Of a stretch of 64,000 nucleotides of DNA, positions 25,871 to 37,669 are shown one piece after another. Made by a program: the position numbers and the translations under genes. Every line of letters begins with the position of its first letter. Position 1 is the stretch's first letter. The notes under the pieces are model-generated. The model did no database searches. It was not told the DNA's origin and saw only the letters and a list, made by a program, of their open reading frames with translations. Source of the DNA: Mobula birostris (Eukaryota); contig NC_092384.1 in NCBI RefSeq assembly GCF_030028105.1, forward strand, positions 9,911,423 through 9,975,422, in the 5' to 3' direction.

Positions 25871-26489
25871 CTTTTCGTTCTAAGTAAAAACAAGCACAAA
25901 TACCAATAGTACATGGTTCTTATGTAACTACATTGAAGTAATTATTGATTTCCCTAGTAATATCTCAAAGTACTGATGTGATAAAATGGTCTGTATGGAT
26001 GGCATTCAAAAAAACCATACAGATCATATAGTTTTTCATTGCACCTCAGTACATGCAATAATAATAATAAACCAATTTATTAACCCCCTCCTGCTGATTA
26101 GCTGCTCAAACACAGATAACGATGAGCAACAGTTAACCAAAGATGAAGAGTTTCATCTTTCAATCATCATCCAATCTATTTAATTGTTAACAAATCAATA
26201 CCTGAATCATTTAAAAACTGACCAATCACACTGAGTTAGTGCTTCAAGACAACTAATCCTCATCATTACACAAAGGTCATTAATCAGAAATATTAGCCCC
26301 TATTCTCCTCTTCACAGATTATGCGTGACCTGTTGAGTGTTACCAGTACTTTCAGCTTTGATTTCAGTTTTCCAGCATCGACTCCCATTTGCTTTACAAT
26401 GGCCTTTAACAGCTCATTTTCAGTGTGCCTATTACCACTCTATGTTACCTTCCATGCCTTTCCATCACTTGCTGGAGGACAATTAGACA

Positions 26490-26990
26490 GTAAAAACATA
26501 GGAGCTGAATTAGGCCATTTGGTCCATCGAGTCTGCTCCATAATTCCATCATACCTGATTTATTATCCCTCTCAAACCACTATCCTGTCTTCTCCCTGTA
26601 ACCTTTGAAGCCCTTACTAATCAAGAATCTATCAGCCTCCATATTAAATACATTCAGTGACACATGTCTATGGCAATGAATTCTACAGATTCTCAAACCT
26701 CTGACTAATAAAGTCTTCCTCACCTCTGCTCTACAGGGATGTCCCTGTATTCTGAGGCTTTGTCTTCTGATCCTATACTCCCCCTCTACAGGAAACATCC
26801 TCTGCACGTACACGTCTTTCAATATTTAATAGATTTCAGTGAGATACCCTTCATTCTTCCAAATGCCAGCAAGTACAGGAGCCATTAAATGCTCCTCACA
26901 TTAACGCTTTCAATCCCAGGATCATTCTTGTGCACCTCCTCTGGACCATCTCCAATGCTAGCACATTCTTTCTTACATAAAGGGCCCCAA
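26490..26990 (-). mobile_element. CR1 3' fragment
   Basis: RMFPVEGEYRIR..SLRIQG; begins with the reverse of the CR1 tail (aacataggagctgaattaggcc). Confidence 0.75.
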
Positions 26991-26991
26991 A

Positions 26992-27385
26992 CTTTATACT
27001 TTATTGTCACCAAACAATTGATACTAGAACGTACAATCATCACAGCGATATTTGATTCTGCGCTTCCCACTCCCTGCATTACAAATAGTAAATATTAAAA
27101 ATAGTAAAAATTAGTAAATATTAAAAAATTAAATTATAAATCATAAATAGAAAATAGAAAAATGGAAAGTAAGGTAGTGCAAAAAAACCGAGAGGCAGGT
27201 CCGGATATTTGGAGGGTACGGCCCAGATCCGGGTCAGGATCTGTTCAGCAGTCTTATCACAGTTGGAAAGAAGCTGTTCCCAAATCTGGCCGTATGAGTC
27301 TTCAAGCTCCTGAGCCTTCTCCCGGAGGGAAGAGGGATGAAAACTGTGTTGGCTGGGTGGGTCATTACCTTGATTATCCTGGCAG
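26992..27385 (-). mobile_element. Young Rex1/Babar 3' end, same subfamily as 13610-15295
   Basis: Near-exact reverse complement of about 14885-15290. Confidence 0.9.
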
Positions 27386-27611
27386 CAGAGATATTAGACA
27401 ATGTGGTGGGTCAATCCAGGACATCAGAAGTCTCCATTCCCTGACAATGGCGGAGCAAACACGATGGGCCAAACAGCCTAATTCTGCTTCTATGTCTTAT
27501 GGTAAGTCTGGGTGAGCCAATGTGCACAGTAATGGAAAGGAAGAGGCATCACAGAGCTACCCAGCATGGGAACAGGCCATTCAGCCTAACACGTCTATGC
27601 TAACCAAAGTA

Positions 27612-28526
27612 ACACACTAAAATGCAGGAGTAATTTAGCAGGCCAGGCAGCATCTATGGATAAGAGTACAGTCGACATTTCGGGCTGAGACCCTTCCTCA
27701 GGACTGGAGAAAAAAAGCTGAGTAGATTTAAAAGGTAGGGGAGGGGAGAGAGGTGAAACCGGGACGGGTGCAGTAAAGACCTGGGAAGATGATTGGTGAA
27801 AGAAATACAGGGCCAGAGAAGGGGGAATCTGATAGAAGAGGACAGAAGTCCATGGAAAATAGAAAAGGGGGAGGAGCACCTGAGGGAGGTGATGGGCAGG
27901 CAAAGAGAAAAGGTGAGAGAGGGAAGAGGGGATGGGGAATGGTGAAGAGGGGAGGCATTAGCAAAAGTTTGAGAAATTCATGCCATCAGCTTGGAAGCTA
28001 CCCAGACAGAACATAAGGTGTTGTTCCTCCAACCTAAGTGTGCCTTCAAAGGTGCATTTAATGTTAAAGAAGTGTATACAATATAGATCCTGAAATTCTT
28101 TTTCTTCGCAACCATCCATGAAAACAGAAGAGTGCCCCAAAGACCGAATGACAGTTAAATATTAGAACCCCACTGTCTTCATCACAACAGTGGAGGAGGC
28201 CACGGATGGACATATCAGAATGGGAATGGGAGGTGGAATTAAAATGGGTGGCTACTGGGAGTTTCCACTTGTTCTGGCCGATGGAGAGTAGGTGCTCTGC
28301 GACGTGGTACCTCAATCTATGCCAAGTCTTACCGATATGCAAGAGGCCACACCAGACACAGTATATGACCCCAACAGACTCACAGGTGAAGTGCTGCCTC
28401 AGCTGGAAGGACTGTTTCAGGCCCTGAATGGTAGTGAGGGAGAGGGTACAGGTCTAACACTGTTCTGCTTGCAAGGATAAGTGCCAGGAGGGAGATCAGT
28501 TGGGAGGGACGAATGGACAAGGGAGA
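27612..28526 (-). mobile_element. Degenerate Penelope-like element with a ~130-bp insertion at 28043-28172
   Basis: HIGKTWHRLRYHVAEH...VATHFNSTSHSHSDM and LRLEEQHLMFCLGSFQADGMN; hammerhead-like remnant at 27669-27705; the insert matches the tail at 30870-31003. Confidence 0.85.
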
Positions 28527-28614
28527 CTTTTGTTTATGCTAACCAAACTGTCAGGTTTGTATAATGCCATTTTCAGCACACAAGTGTAAAGGGGAACAAA
28601 ATAATTGTTACTGG

Positions 28615-28912
28615 GATATGGCTAGCACAAGAGGGCACAGTTTTAAGGTGCTTGGAAGTAGGTACAGAGGAGATGTCAGGGTTAAGTTTCTTTACGCAGG
28701 GAGTGGTGAGTGCGTGGAATGGGCTACCGGCAACGGTGGTGGAGGTGGATACGATAGGGTCTTTTAATAGACATCTGGATAGGTACATGGAGTTTAGAAA
28801 ACTAGAGGGCTATGGGTAACCCTGGGTACTTTCTAAAGTAAGTATGTGTTCGACACAGCATTATGGCTGAAGAGCCTGTATTGTGCTGTAGGTTTTCTTT
28901 GTTCTATATTCT
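28615..28912 (+). mobile_element. CR1 3' fragment
   Basis: MASTRGHSFKVLGSRYRGDVR followed by CR1 3' UTR. Confidence 0.8.
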
Positions 28913-29740
28913 AATTGCTCACAGTGCTCCAAGTTGCTCCAACCAATGCCTTATAAAGCTATAGCATCACATCTTTACTTTGATATTTTAGACCTCTTGT
29001 AATGAATGTTAACATTGCATTTGCCTTCCTTACCATCAACTCAATGTACAAGTTAACCTTTAGGGAAAACTGCACACGGACTCCCAAGTTCCTCTTCTCC
29101 TCTGATTTTTGAATTCTCTCCCTGTTTAGAAAATGGTCAATGGCTTTAATCCTCTACACTATATTACATCTGCTTCTTCTTTGTCCATTCTCCTTGTCTG
29201 CAGAAGGAATATGAAATTGATGTAGAGTACAGGCACATTGATCTGCACATCTTATACAGCTAGCTGGAGAGCTCAGCACATGCTGAGAAGAAGAGTTCAA
29301 GAGCTCAGCAGTGTAGGTGCAACCAGTATTACTTATTGGTACTTGTCTTTCTGCAGACTCCCTGCTTCCTCAACACTACTTGCCTCGCCACCTATTTTGG
29401 ATTGTCTACAAACCTGGCCACAAAGCCATCATTCCATCATTCAAATCATTGACATATAACATGAAAAGAAGTGGTCCCAACACCGATCCCCGTGAAACAC
29501 CACTGGTAACCAGCCAGATATGGCCCTGTTTATTCCCACTCCTTTCGACCTGCCAGTCAGTTAATCTTCTATCCATGGCAATACCTTTCCTGTAATAGTA
29601 TAGGCTCTTATCTTGGTTAGCAGTCTCATGTTTGGCATCTTGTCAAAGCCTTCTGAAAAGGTCTTTTGTCTATCCTGAGAGTTACTTCCTCAAATAATTC
29701 CAATAGATGTGTCAGGAAAAAAATTACCCTGAAGGAAGAA
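28913..29740 (-). mobile_element. Degenerate CR1 RT fragments
   Basis: Reverse complement gives VTSGVSRGSVLGPLLFMLYVNDLNDG (about 29435-29510) and DDGMMALWPGL-type RT remnants. Confidence 0.7.
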
Positions 29741-30538
29741 TGCTGAAAAGCCAAAGGAGAGGCTCTGGATGGACATGACGAATGAAGAGTGGGAGCATGG
29801 GGGTGGATGGTCCTTCTGAGAGAGATTCAGACAACTTGCAGCTGTTGACCAGTTCCCAAGGATAAGGGCTGAGCAAAGGCACCAGTAATCCATTCAGCCA
29901 TTTGTGCATGACATTCAATAAGAACATAACTAATCTTTTACATTTCCAAAGATTCGCCACTGTTGGGTGCAAGAATTTCTACTCATCTCTGCCTCGAATG
30001 ACCAACCCCTTATTTTGGGGCAGTGGTCCCTGGTTCTTTGGCCAAGAGAGACAACATTTTGTAATTACTTTAACAAGATCCTTAAGGATTCTTTTGAAGA
30101 CCCTGACCTGGAGTCACACATTGACTTCGGTTCTTTGTGGGAATGGGACCCACTCATGGGGTCTCTGAACTGGCCGTTATTCAAAATTCCAAGGACGAGG
30201 CCTAAGAGATTAGCTCACCTTTGGAGCTTCGGGATTTTGTGGCTCTGGAGGTGGGCGATTTCAAGGTCAGTGCCTATGCAGGACATCGGTGTATCATGGG
30301 AGATGGAAAATCCCTGGCTGTGTGCCCAGAGACCAGAGTTCTTTGGGCACAGAGTTCGGAAAAAGCAACATAACAGACTTTTAACTTTGTAGATCAGCAA
30401 GTTGTTTGTTATGTCTCCCCTCTCACTGTGAGACGGAGACACCTCTTTTTCCCTTATTAGGGAGAGAAAGAGCCTGTTGTATGTCAAATACTGGGTGAAT
30501 GAGTAGTTTTTGGGGTACTGCAAGTCTGTGTCTTTGCT

Positions 30539-30733
30539 CAAACACAAGGAAATCTGCAGATGCCGGAATTTCAAGCAACACACACAAAATGCTGGTGAAC
30601 ACAGCAGGCCAGGCAGCATCTACAGGAAGAGATACAGTCGACGTTTCGGGCCGAGACCCTTCTTCAGAACTAACTTTGTTCCTATAGATGCTGCCCGGCC
30701 TGCTGTGTTCACCAGCACTTTTTATGTGAGTTG
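30539..30733. mobile_element. Palindromic Penelope-end mini-element with a 13-bp TSD
   Basis: Arms aatgctggtgaacacagcaggccaggcagcatcta / tagatgctgcccggcctgctgtgttcaccagcac; flanks ctgtgtctttgct (30526-30538) and ctgtatctttgct (30734-30746). Confidence 0.85.
30635..30675 (-). ncRNA. Minimal hammerhead ribozyme, core intact
   Basis: Minus strand agttagtt CTGAAGA agggtctcggccc GAAAC GTC gactg. Confidence 0.75.
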
Positions 30734-31162
30734 CTGTATCTTTGCTGTTGCTTTGCTGCATGCTTGAGTGCTCGGTGGAGGGTGCCGATGCTTTTTTGCT
30801 GTTGAGGGAGGGCGAATTGTTGCTTTGCTGCTGCTTATACATGGGGGGGGGGAGCTGGGGGTGTCTTTGGGGTACTAACATTTAACTGTCATACATTCTT
30901 CAGGGCATTCCTTTGTTTTCATGGATGTTTGCAAAGAAAAAGAATTTCAGGATATTTATTGTATACATATCTCTGACATTAAATGTACCTTTGAAACCTT
31001 TGAAGAATTTTGGATGAGATCACCTCTCATTCATCTAAACTCAAAGCAATACAGGCCTGATCACAGAACCATAGAGTAATGCAACACGAAAACAGGCCCT
31101 GCAGCCCAACTTGTCTGTGATGACCAAGACTCCCATCTAAGTTAATCTCATTTGTCTGTGTT

Positions 31163-31242
31163 AGGCCCACATCCCTCTAAACCAGGGGTTCCCAACCTTT
31201 TATATACCATGGACCAACACCATTAAGCTGGAGATCCATAGA
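31163..31242. mobile_element. 80-bp hAT (Charlie-like) MITE remnant
   Basis: Left TIR CAGGGGTTCCCAACCTTTT; perfect 8-bp TSD CTCTAAAC (31155-31162, 31243-31250); right TIR missing. Confidence 0.8.
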
Positions 31243-31677
31243 CTCTAAACCTTTCCTCTCCATATATCTACCCAACTGTTTTTTAAAAGTTGCTATTGTA
31301 CCTGCCCCACAATGGCGTGCACAGTTAAGTCAAGAACCCTTTCTCAAAAATATATTGTTGAGAGCAAATTTGAACAGTTTAGTTCTGATCTTCTTTTAAT
31401 GGTAAGAAATATTGAAGAGGAGACAAATTTTTGATATACTGAATATGGGAACACAGAACTACAGACAGCGAAGGTGAGTACTAAATCATCAAAAAGATGA
31501 TTTAGGGAAGAGGTCATGGAAGATTAGCATATTAAACTGGATCCTACAGAGTGTAAAGAGTGTTGACCAGTGTAGATGTTGTTTAGAGGATTCTTGGTAC
31601 ATAATGAAGAAATAAAGTATGGAGTTAAACATCAAGGATGCAGGTTTTTCAGCCCACCAAATCCTCACTGACTATTG

Positions 31678-32140
31678 TACAACACCTCACATTCCATCTG
31701 GGTAGCCTCCAATGTTATGGCATGAACATTTATTGCTCTAACTTCTCATTTTTCCCTTCCCCCTTCTCTCTTTTTCTATTACCTATTCTTGTCTTGTCTT
31801 CTCCTCATCTGCCCATCACCTCCCTCTGGTTCCCCTCTTTCTCTTTCTCCTATGGTCTACTTTCCACTCTTTTGAGATTCCTTCTTCTTCAGCCCTCTTG
31901 CTCTTCCATCTAACACCTCTCTGCTTCTCAGCATCCCCCTCCCCCACCCAGCCACCTTCCCCTTCACTTGATCTCAATTATCACCTGCTAGCTTGCATTC
32001 TTTCCCCCCCCCCCTTCTTATTCTGGCTTCTACCCCCTTCCTTTCCAATCCTGATGAAGAGTCTCTGCCCAAAACATTGACTGTTTATTCCGTCCATAGA
32101 TGTAGCCTGACCTACTGAGTTCCTCTAGCATTTTGCATGT
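31678..32140 (+). mobile_element. Penelope-like 3' fragment
   Basis: QHLTFHLGSLQCYGMNI, pyrimidine tract, decayed hammerhead ctgatgaagagtctctgcccaaaacattgactg. Confidence 0.8.
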
Positions 32141-32254
32141 GGTAGTCTGACTATTAAATGCCCATTCACACTAATCCTATCCTATCCCACTGTTATTGTT
32201 CACAGATTTCATTAACTCTCTCCACATTCTACTTCTGACCTAGAACACTAGGGT

Positions 32255-32440
32255 CCATTTACATTAACCGATAAACTTGTGACCCACACATTTTTAGGAT
32301 GTGGGGAAAACTCAAAGCACCTGGAATGAAAGCCCAAGCAGTCGCAGGGAGAAGATGGAAACTCCACACAGAAAGCATCAGAGGTCAGGGTTTCTGGAAC
32401 TATGAGGCAGTGGCTCTACCGGATCCTCCACTGTATTCCC
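32255..32440 (-). mobile_element. Degenerate V-SINE-like element
   Basis: ggatgtggggaaaactcaaagcacctgga...aaactccacacaga is the reverse of the V-SINE core. Confidence 0.6.
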
Positions 32441-33159
32441 TTTGTATGATCTTTTGATCAGTAAACTTAGGTTATGATGTTTGCAGAGTTAGAACATTTC
32501 ACCATCTTTCAGCATCGCTGTTGATTCTGTGACAGCAGCATCTGTTGTCCCCAAGTGAATTTGGAGAGCTGTGTTTACCTGCCTAGCCTCACCTCTCTGA
32601 CTGGAGAGGGCAGAATTCCAGTCCTCTCCCTTTGCCCTCATAAAGTCCTGCTCCTACTTGGCTGGCAGGTATTAACTGTTAGTCAGAGATCCCCACACCA
32701 AAGATCAGGCTCAAACGTATGAATTAACCTGTGGCCTTTGCGATTTCTTGGGACACAGAACTACAGTTTAAGAATTGCACTTTGCCACATTGGTACAAAG
32801 TCATATGGCTAGAGTACCCTGATGCATTTTATGAGAATAATGAGTTATAAACTTTGAACAACTCAAACTTATCTTGCTTCTTACCAGAAGGAGGCAATTC
32901 ATTTGGGATCCATGCCAGATCTCATCAGAGAATTCCATCAGTTCTCTCTCCTTAGACTCTCATAAGCTCAACCACACTGCTTTGATTGCTTTGCTTTTCA
33001 CATACACTAAAGGGTAATTTACAGTGGTTTTCAGATGTGGGAAGAAACTTGTGTACTCACGCAATCACAGAGACAGCTTGCAGACTCCACACACTCAGCA
33101 CTTGAGGGCAGGATGGAACCAGATGGGGGTCGGAAGGAGGCGTGTGTGGAATCTATACT

Positions 33160-33680
33160 GCTGTACCTAGTAACGTGGCCACGGAGTGTATGTTCATGGT
33201 CTTGTGCTGCTTTAGCCCGTCCACTTCAAGGTTTGACATGTTCTGCATTCAGAGTTGCTCTTCTGCACACCACTATTGTAACGCATGCTTATTTGAGTTC
33301 CTGATGCCTGCCAGTCAGCTTCAACCAGTCTGACTATTTTCCTCTCTCACTAACAAGACATTATTGCCCGTAGATTTGCTACTCACTGCATGTTTTTTTT
33401 TTTGTTTTTCATACCATGCTCTGTAAACTGTAGAGACTGTTGTGCATGAAAATCCCAGGAGATCAGCAGTTTCAGAGATACTCAAAAGACCCTGCCTGGT
33501 AGCAACAATCATTTCATGGTCAAAGTCATTTCTTCCCAATCCTGATGTTTGGTCTGAACAACAAATGAATTTCTTGGCCATGTCTGCATGCTTTTATGCA
33601 TTGAGTTGTTGTCACATGATTGGCTGATTATATATTTGCAGTAAGGAGCAGGTATACTTAATAAAGAGGCCACTAAGTGC
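33160..33680 (-). mobile_element. Non-autonomous Tc1-like DNA transposon derivative
   Basis: DFDHEMIVATRQGLLSISETADLLGFSCTTVSTVYRAW is a Tc1 paired-like HTH N-terminus; TIR-like taataaagaggccactaagtg at 33659-33679, with a same-orientation copy at 33165-33190. Confidence 0.85.
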
Positions 33681-34659
33681 GGTGAATATACCGATAATGA
33701 ATTGTTGTGCTTCATGGGACGTTTCTGAGCTGTAAATAACCTTGCTACTACTGTGTACGAATGAAGGACATTGAAGGTAGTTAGTCATAAAATAATTCTC
33801 ATTGACTGTATAAACATGGCACAGTGAAGACCATATTTCATTCCACTTGGATAGGTGATCTGTATAATTCACTTGTCAAAAGACATCTTATTCACTTGAG
33901 GAGTAAGCATTATAAGCAGGCACTCATATTATCTTTGATGCCAACTCAGTTCTCATCAGTTCAGTGCTGTTAATCAGCTGAACAAGTCGGACAGGATTAA
34001 TTAGAAGATCACATACCATGCCAAACTCAACGAAATTTCAATATTTGCAAGAAGTGTAAAATCCAGAGATGTAAGAAGGTTAGAAAGAAGAGGGAATATG
34101 TAAGAATCACTAAATAAAATGCTTGCAACCCTATTTCAGCTATCACTGATGATGGTCCCGCCTCTGCTTGAACTTCCCAAGGCTGCCGATGACACGAGAG
34201 ACATGAGACTTCCTTCCATTTTTCCAAAAGGAGTGTTTATTTTTGCTGCTTTCGGTATAAAAAAATGTCACCGCAAATAATCTTTGCACTTTCAACAGCC
34301 ATTGCTTACCACTTAGAGAAATAATTTTCAAACTAATTTGCTAATTTGAAACAGAAAAACACATGAGCTCAGCATTCTATTATTCCAAAATGCATTGCTC
34401 ATATTTTGTGTATTCTGCACAAATCTAAAGTGCAAGAACCTGTTCTGCTCTTTATTTTCATTATGTGCCTTTTTCTGTTACTCTGTAAATACAAACTATG
34501 AAGAACCAGTCTGTGCAACCATGATAGTCTAATGTTGAGACACTCTTTTACAATTATGCTCAATTATTTACCTTTCTGAATGCACAAAAACTAAAAAAAT
34601 TGACATGTTGGTTAATGAGGGGTCACAGAGTCAAATCGAAGTGGGCCTTTTCATAGTTA

Positions 34660-35240
34660 AAGTCAAGTTAAATTAAATTTATTATCGAAGTACGAATATT
34701 CCATCATATACTACCTTGTCATTCATTTTCGTTCAGTGATTTACAAGAAAATTAAGTAATACAATCGAATTTATGAAAAACTATGCATAAAGACAAACAA
34801 CCAACATCCAAAAGAAGACAAATTATACAAACAAACAAAAATTCTGAGGACATGGATGTAGAATCCTTGAAAGTAAGTTCATAGGTTGTGGAATCAGTTC
34901 ATTGTTGAGGTGAATGAAGTTATCCACGCTGATAATTGTAGAGTAATAACTGTTCCTGAACCTGGTGGCATGGTACCTTAAGACTGCTATACCTCCTACC
35001 TAATGGTGGCAGCAAGGACTGGGTGGTGGGGATCCTTGATGATGGATGCTGCTTGCTTACGGCAGTGCTCCTTGTAGATGTGCTCAATGGGGGTAGGGCT
35101 TTGCCTGAGATGAACTGAGCTGTATCTTCCACTTTCTACAGATTTCAGTTCCTGGGTGCTGATGCTTCCATACAAGGCTGTGATGCAACTAATCGGGATA
35201 TTGCTCACTATGCATCTATATAAGTTTGCCAAAATTTTTG
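34660..35240 (-). mobile_element. Degenerate Rex1/Babar 3' fragment
   Basis: PKILANLYRCIVSNIPISCITALYGS; IEHIYKEHCRKQAASIIKDPHHP. Confidence 0.8.
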
Positions 35241-36229
35241 GTCCACTATGTTCATGTAGACCATCCAATACTTAACTATAATAATGCCATGTGCCCACAC
35301 TTAGTCTGCAGACAATCTGTTGGAGACATAGTGTGGAGCAGATGAAGGGGGTAAACAATGGCTACAATAGACATGGGGTAATAATGCAAAAGGACTAAAT
35401 TCATTTCAGCTGTCTCCCGATTAGCTACACCAGGCATCTGATTCAAAATATGCACCAGTGGCCAAAGTTGTAATAAACCGTTCTTGGTTTAATAAGTAGG
35501 TGATTTTAGCATTATTTAAGAGGAGCTGCTGGAGACGTCCAACAGTGTTCTGCTGAGAGAGAAAGGGTTAATGATCAGAAAATGTTAACTGTTCCTCTGT
35601 CTGCAGATGCCGCCTGACCTGCTGAATATTTCCAGCATTCTGTTTTTACTGTAAATATCCTGCAACTGAGTATTTTGATTTTCACATAACATTCTCATTT
35701 GCAAAACCCTGCAAATTTAATAATCTTTGCCAAATGACTGAACATAGTACATCAAATTTACCATCTGGTGTAATGGTGTTAAGAAGCATTAAAAGCATTT
35801 GAGGCCTTGTTGGATCTGAATGAGGAGTGGATTCAGAAATGAGAAGTGCAAACGGAGCGAGCAGTCCTCGTTCAAGAACACCTCAAGGTTGATGTATATT
35901 GAAACATATATTGAAATGCATCATTTGCACTAACAAGGGTGAGCTTGCGGCAGCCCTCAAATGTTGCCACACATCGTGGCTCCAACGTGGTAAGTTAAAT
36001 TGGTAGTAAGGATGACAAATCTTACATTAGCATTCATTTTGAGAGGTCTAGACCATATACTGTATGTTAAAATGTACTACTGTGGCTTTATAGGGCCAGC
36101 ATTTGGAATATTTATCAGGGTGCTGCGTTTATGTGTGAGATATGTGTACTGTGCTGTGCACCTTGGTCTGGAGGACCTTTGTCTCATTTGGTGGTACACG
36201 TGCATGGTTGATTATTAATAAAGCTGACT

Positions 36230-36520
36230 TTGAAAACCCATGACTTGGCCTCCACAGCCGTCTATGGCAATGAACTCCACAGATTCATCGCCCTTTGGCC
36301 AAAAAAATTCTTCCTCGTCTCTGTTCTAAGTGGACATCTTGAGGCTGTGCTCTTTGGTCCTAGACTCCCCAGTGAGTACAGCGGCAGAGCAATCATGTGC
36401 TCCTCATATATTAACCCTTTCATTCCCTGGATCATTCTCATGAAACTCCACTGGACCTTTTCCAATATCAGCTCAACCACTCTTACACAAGGGGCCCAGA
36501 ACAGTTCACAACTCACCACG
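36230..36520 (-). mobile_element. CR1 3' fragment
   Basis: LEKVQWSFMRMIQGMKGLIYEE...RTETRKNFFGQRAMNLWSSLP. Confidence 0.8.
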
Positions 36521-36535
36521 TGGCCGAATCAATAA

Positions 36536-36615
36536 GCCCAGAATCAAATATCGCTGTGATGATTGTACGTTCTAGTATCAAATGCTTGGCGACAATAAAG
36601 TATAAAGTAAAGTAA
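36536..36615 (+). mobile_element. Extreme 3' tip of the young Rex1 subfamily
   Basis: cagaatcaaatatcgctgtgatgattgtacgttctagt...aataaagtataaagtaaag matches 15221-15292. Confidence 0.85.
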
Positions 36616-36639
36616 GGTGAAGTCTCAGAAGCACAACTA

Positions 36640-36800
36640 TAACTCAGTGGGTAAAGCTGCTGCCTCACAGTCTCATCAATTTAGGTTCAATCCTGACCTC
36701 CAGGGCTGTCTGTGGAGTTTGCCCATTCTCCCCATTACATCATGGGTTGCTCCTGGGTGCTTCCACATCCCAGAAACACAATCATCGGGTAACCGATGAC
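36640..36800 (+). mobile_element. Degenerate V-SINE-like element
   Basis: tcagtgggtaaagctgctgcctcacag; B-box-like ggttcaatcc; ggagtttgc...tgggttgctcctgggtgc. Confidence 0.7.
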
Positions 36801-37123
36801 TAATGTTACCCATAATCCAGATGTCTCGTGGTGATCAACATGATGATCATGGTAGTATGAGTGGGATTTTTTTACAGGACAATGAAGGGTCGAATGGGAA
36901 TAAAGCAATTGTGCTAGGAGCTTACCAAATTGCCTTCCTTGTACACTATAATATGACAAAAATGAGAAACCGCATGGTTTTCCTTGGAGTGCCTACAACA
37001 GCTAAAAGGAGCAGACAAACAGGACAAATGCAGACTGGAGGCAAATGAGAATACAGATGCTGGAACCTGGAGTGAAATCTCCAGCAGTATATGTTTGGAT
37101 AAAAGCAAAACTCTTTAACCTGA

Positions 37124-37272
37124 GACACAAGGGATTCTGTGATGCTGGAAATCTTGAGCAACACATGGAATGCGGGATGAACTCAGTGGGTCCTGAAACG
37201 TTGACTGCTTATTCCCCTCCACAGGTGCTGCACAACCTGCTGAGTTCCTCCAGCTTTCTCTGAGTGTTGCTC
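37124..37272. mobile_element. Palindromic Penelope-end mini-element
   Basis: Left arm gagcaacacatggaatgcgggatgaactcag; right arm ctgagttcctccagctttctctgagtgttgctc; central gaaacgttgactg. Confidence 0.7.
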
Positions 37273-37469
37273 TTTAACCTGAGTTGGGAAGATGGAGAGA
37301 AACCTGGGAAATATATTGCGAGCATGACCTATTGCCATTTAATTTGGTATAGTTGGCTAACTCCAGAACATGATAATAATTCCACTTTGGAAAGTTTCCT
37401 GGTTTATTAATTCTTACCTTATTTAGAGATATAACATGTCTTTCCAGCACAACAAGACACATCCATGTG

Positions 37470-37630
37470 ACCAATTAACTTACTAACCCATACATCTTTG
37501 GACTGTGGAAGGAAACCAGAGCTCCAGGAGAAAACCCACGTGTTCACGGGCAGAACATAACAGACCGTGGCAGAACGAAATCCGGGTCACTGGCATTGTA
37601 CTAGTGCTACATTAACCACTATACTATCAT
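37470..37630 (-). mobile_element. V-SINE-like element
   Basis: tctttggactgtggaaggaaaccagagctccaggagaaaacccac is the reverse complement of the V-SINE core. Confidence 0.75.
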
Positions 37631-37669
37631 GATGCATAATAGCAGGACTAGCCTGTGTCAAGGAGTCAC

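Larger units (their letters stand above)
30092..31003 (+). mobile_element. Unclassified non-autonomous retroelement with a (cctttgaaa)n tail, inserted in a minus-strand CR1
   Basis: 3' end attaaatgtacctttgaaacctttgaa; a second copy of the tail lies at 28043-28172 (minus); CR1 remnants flank it (29930-30090, 31005-31300). Confidence 0.6.
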
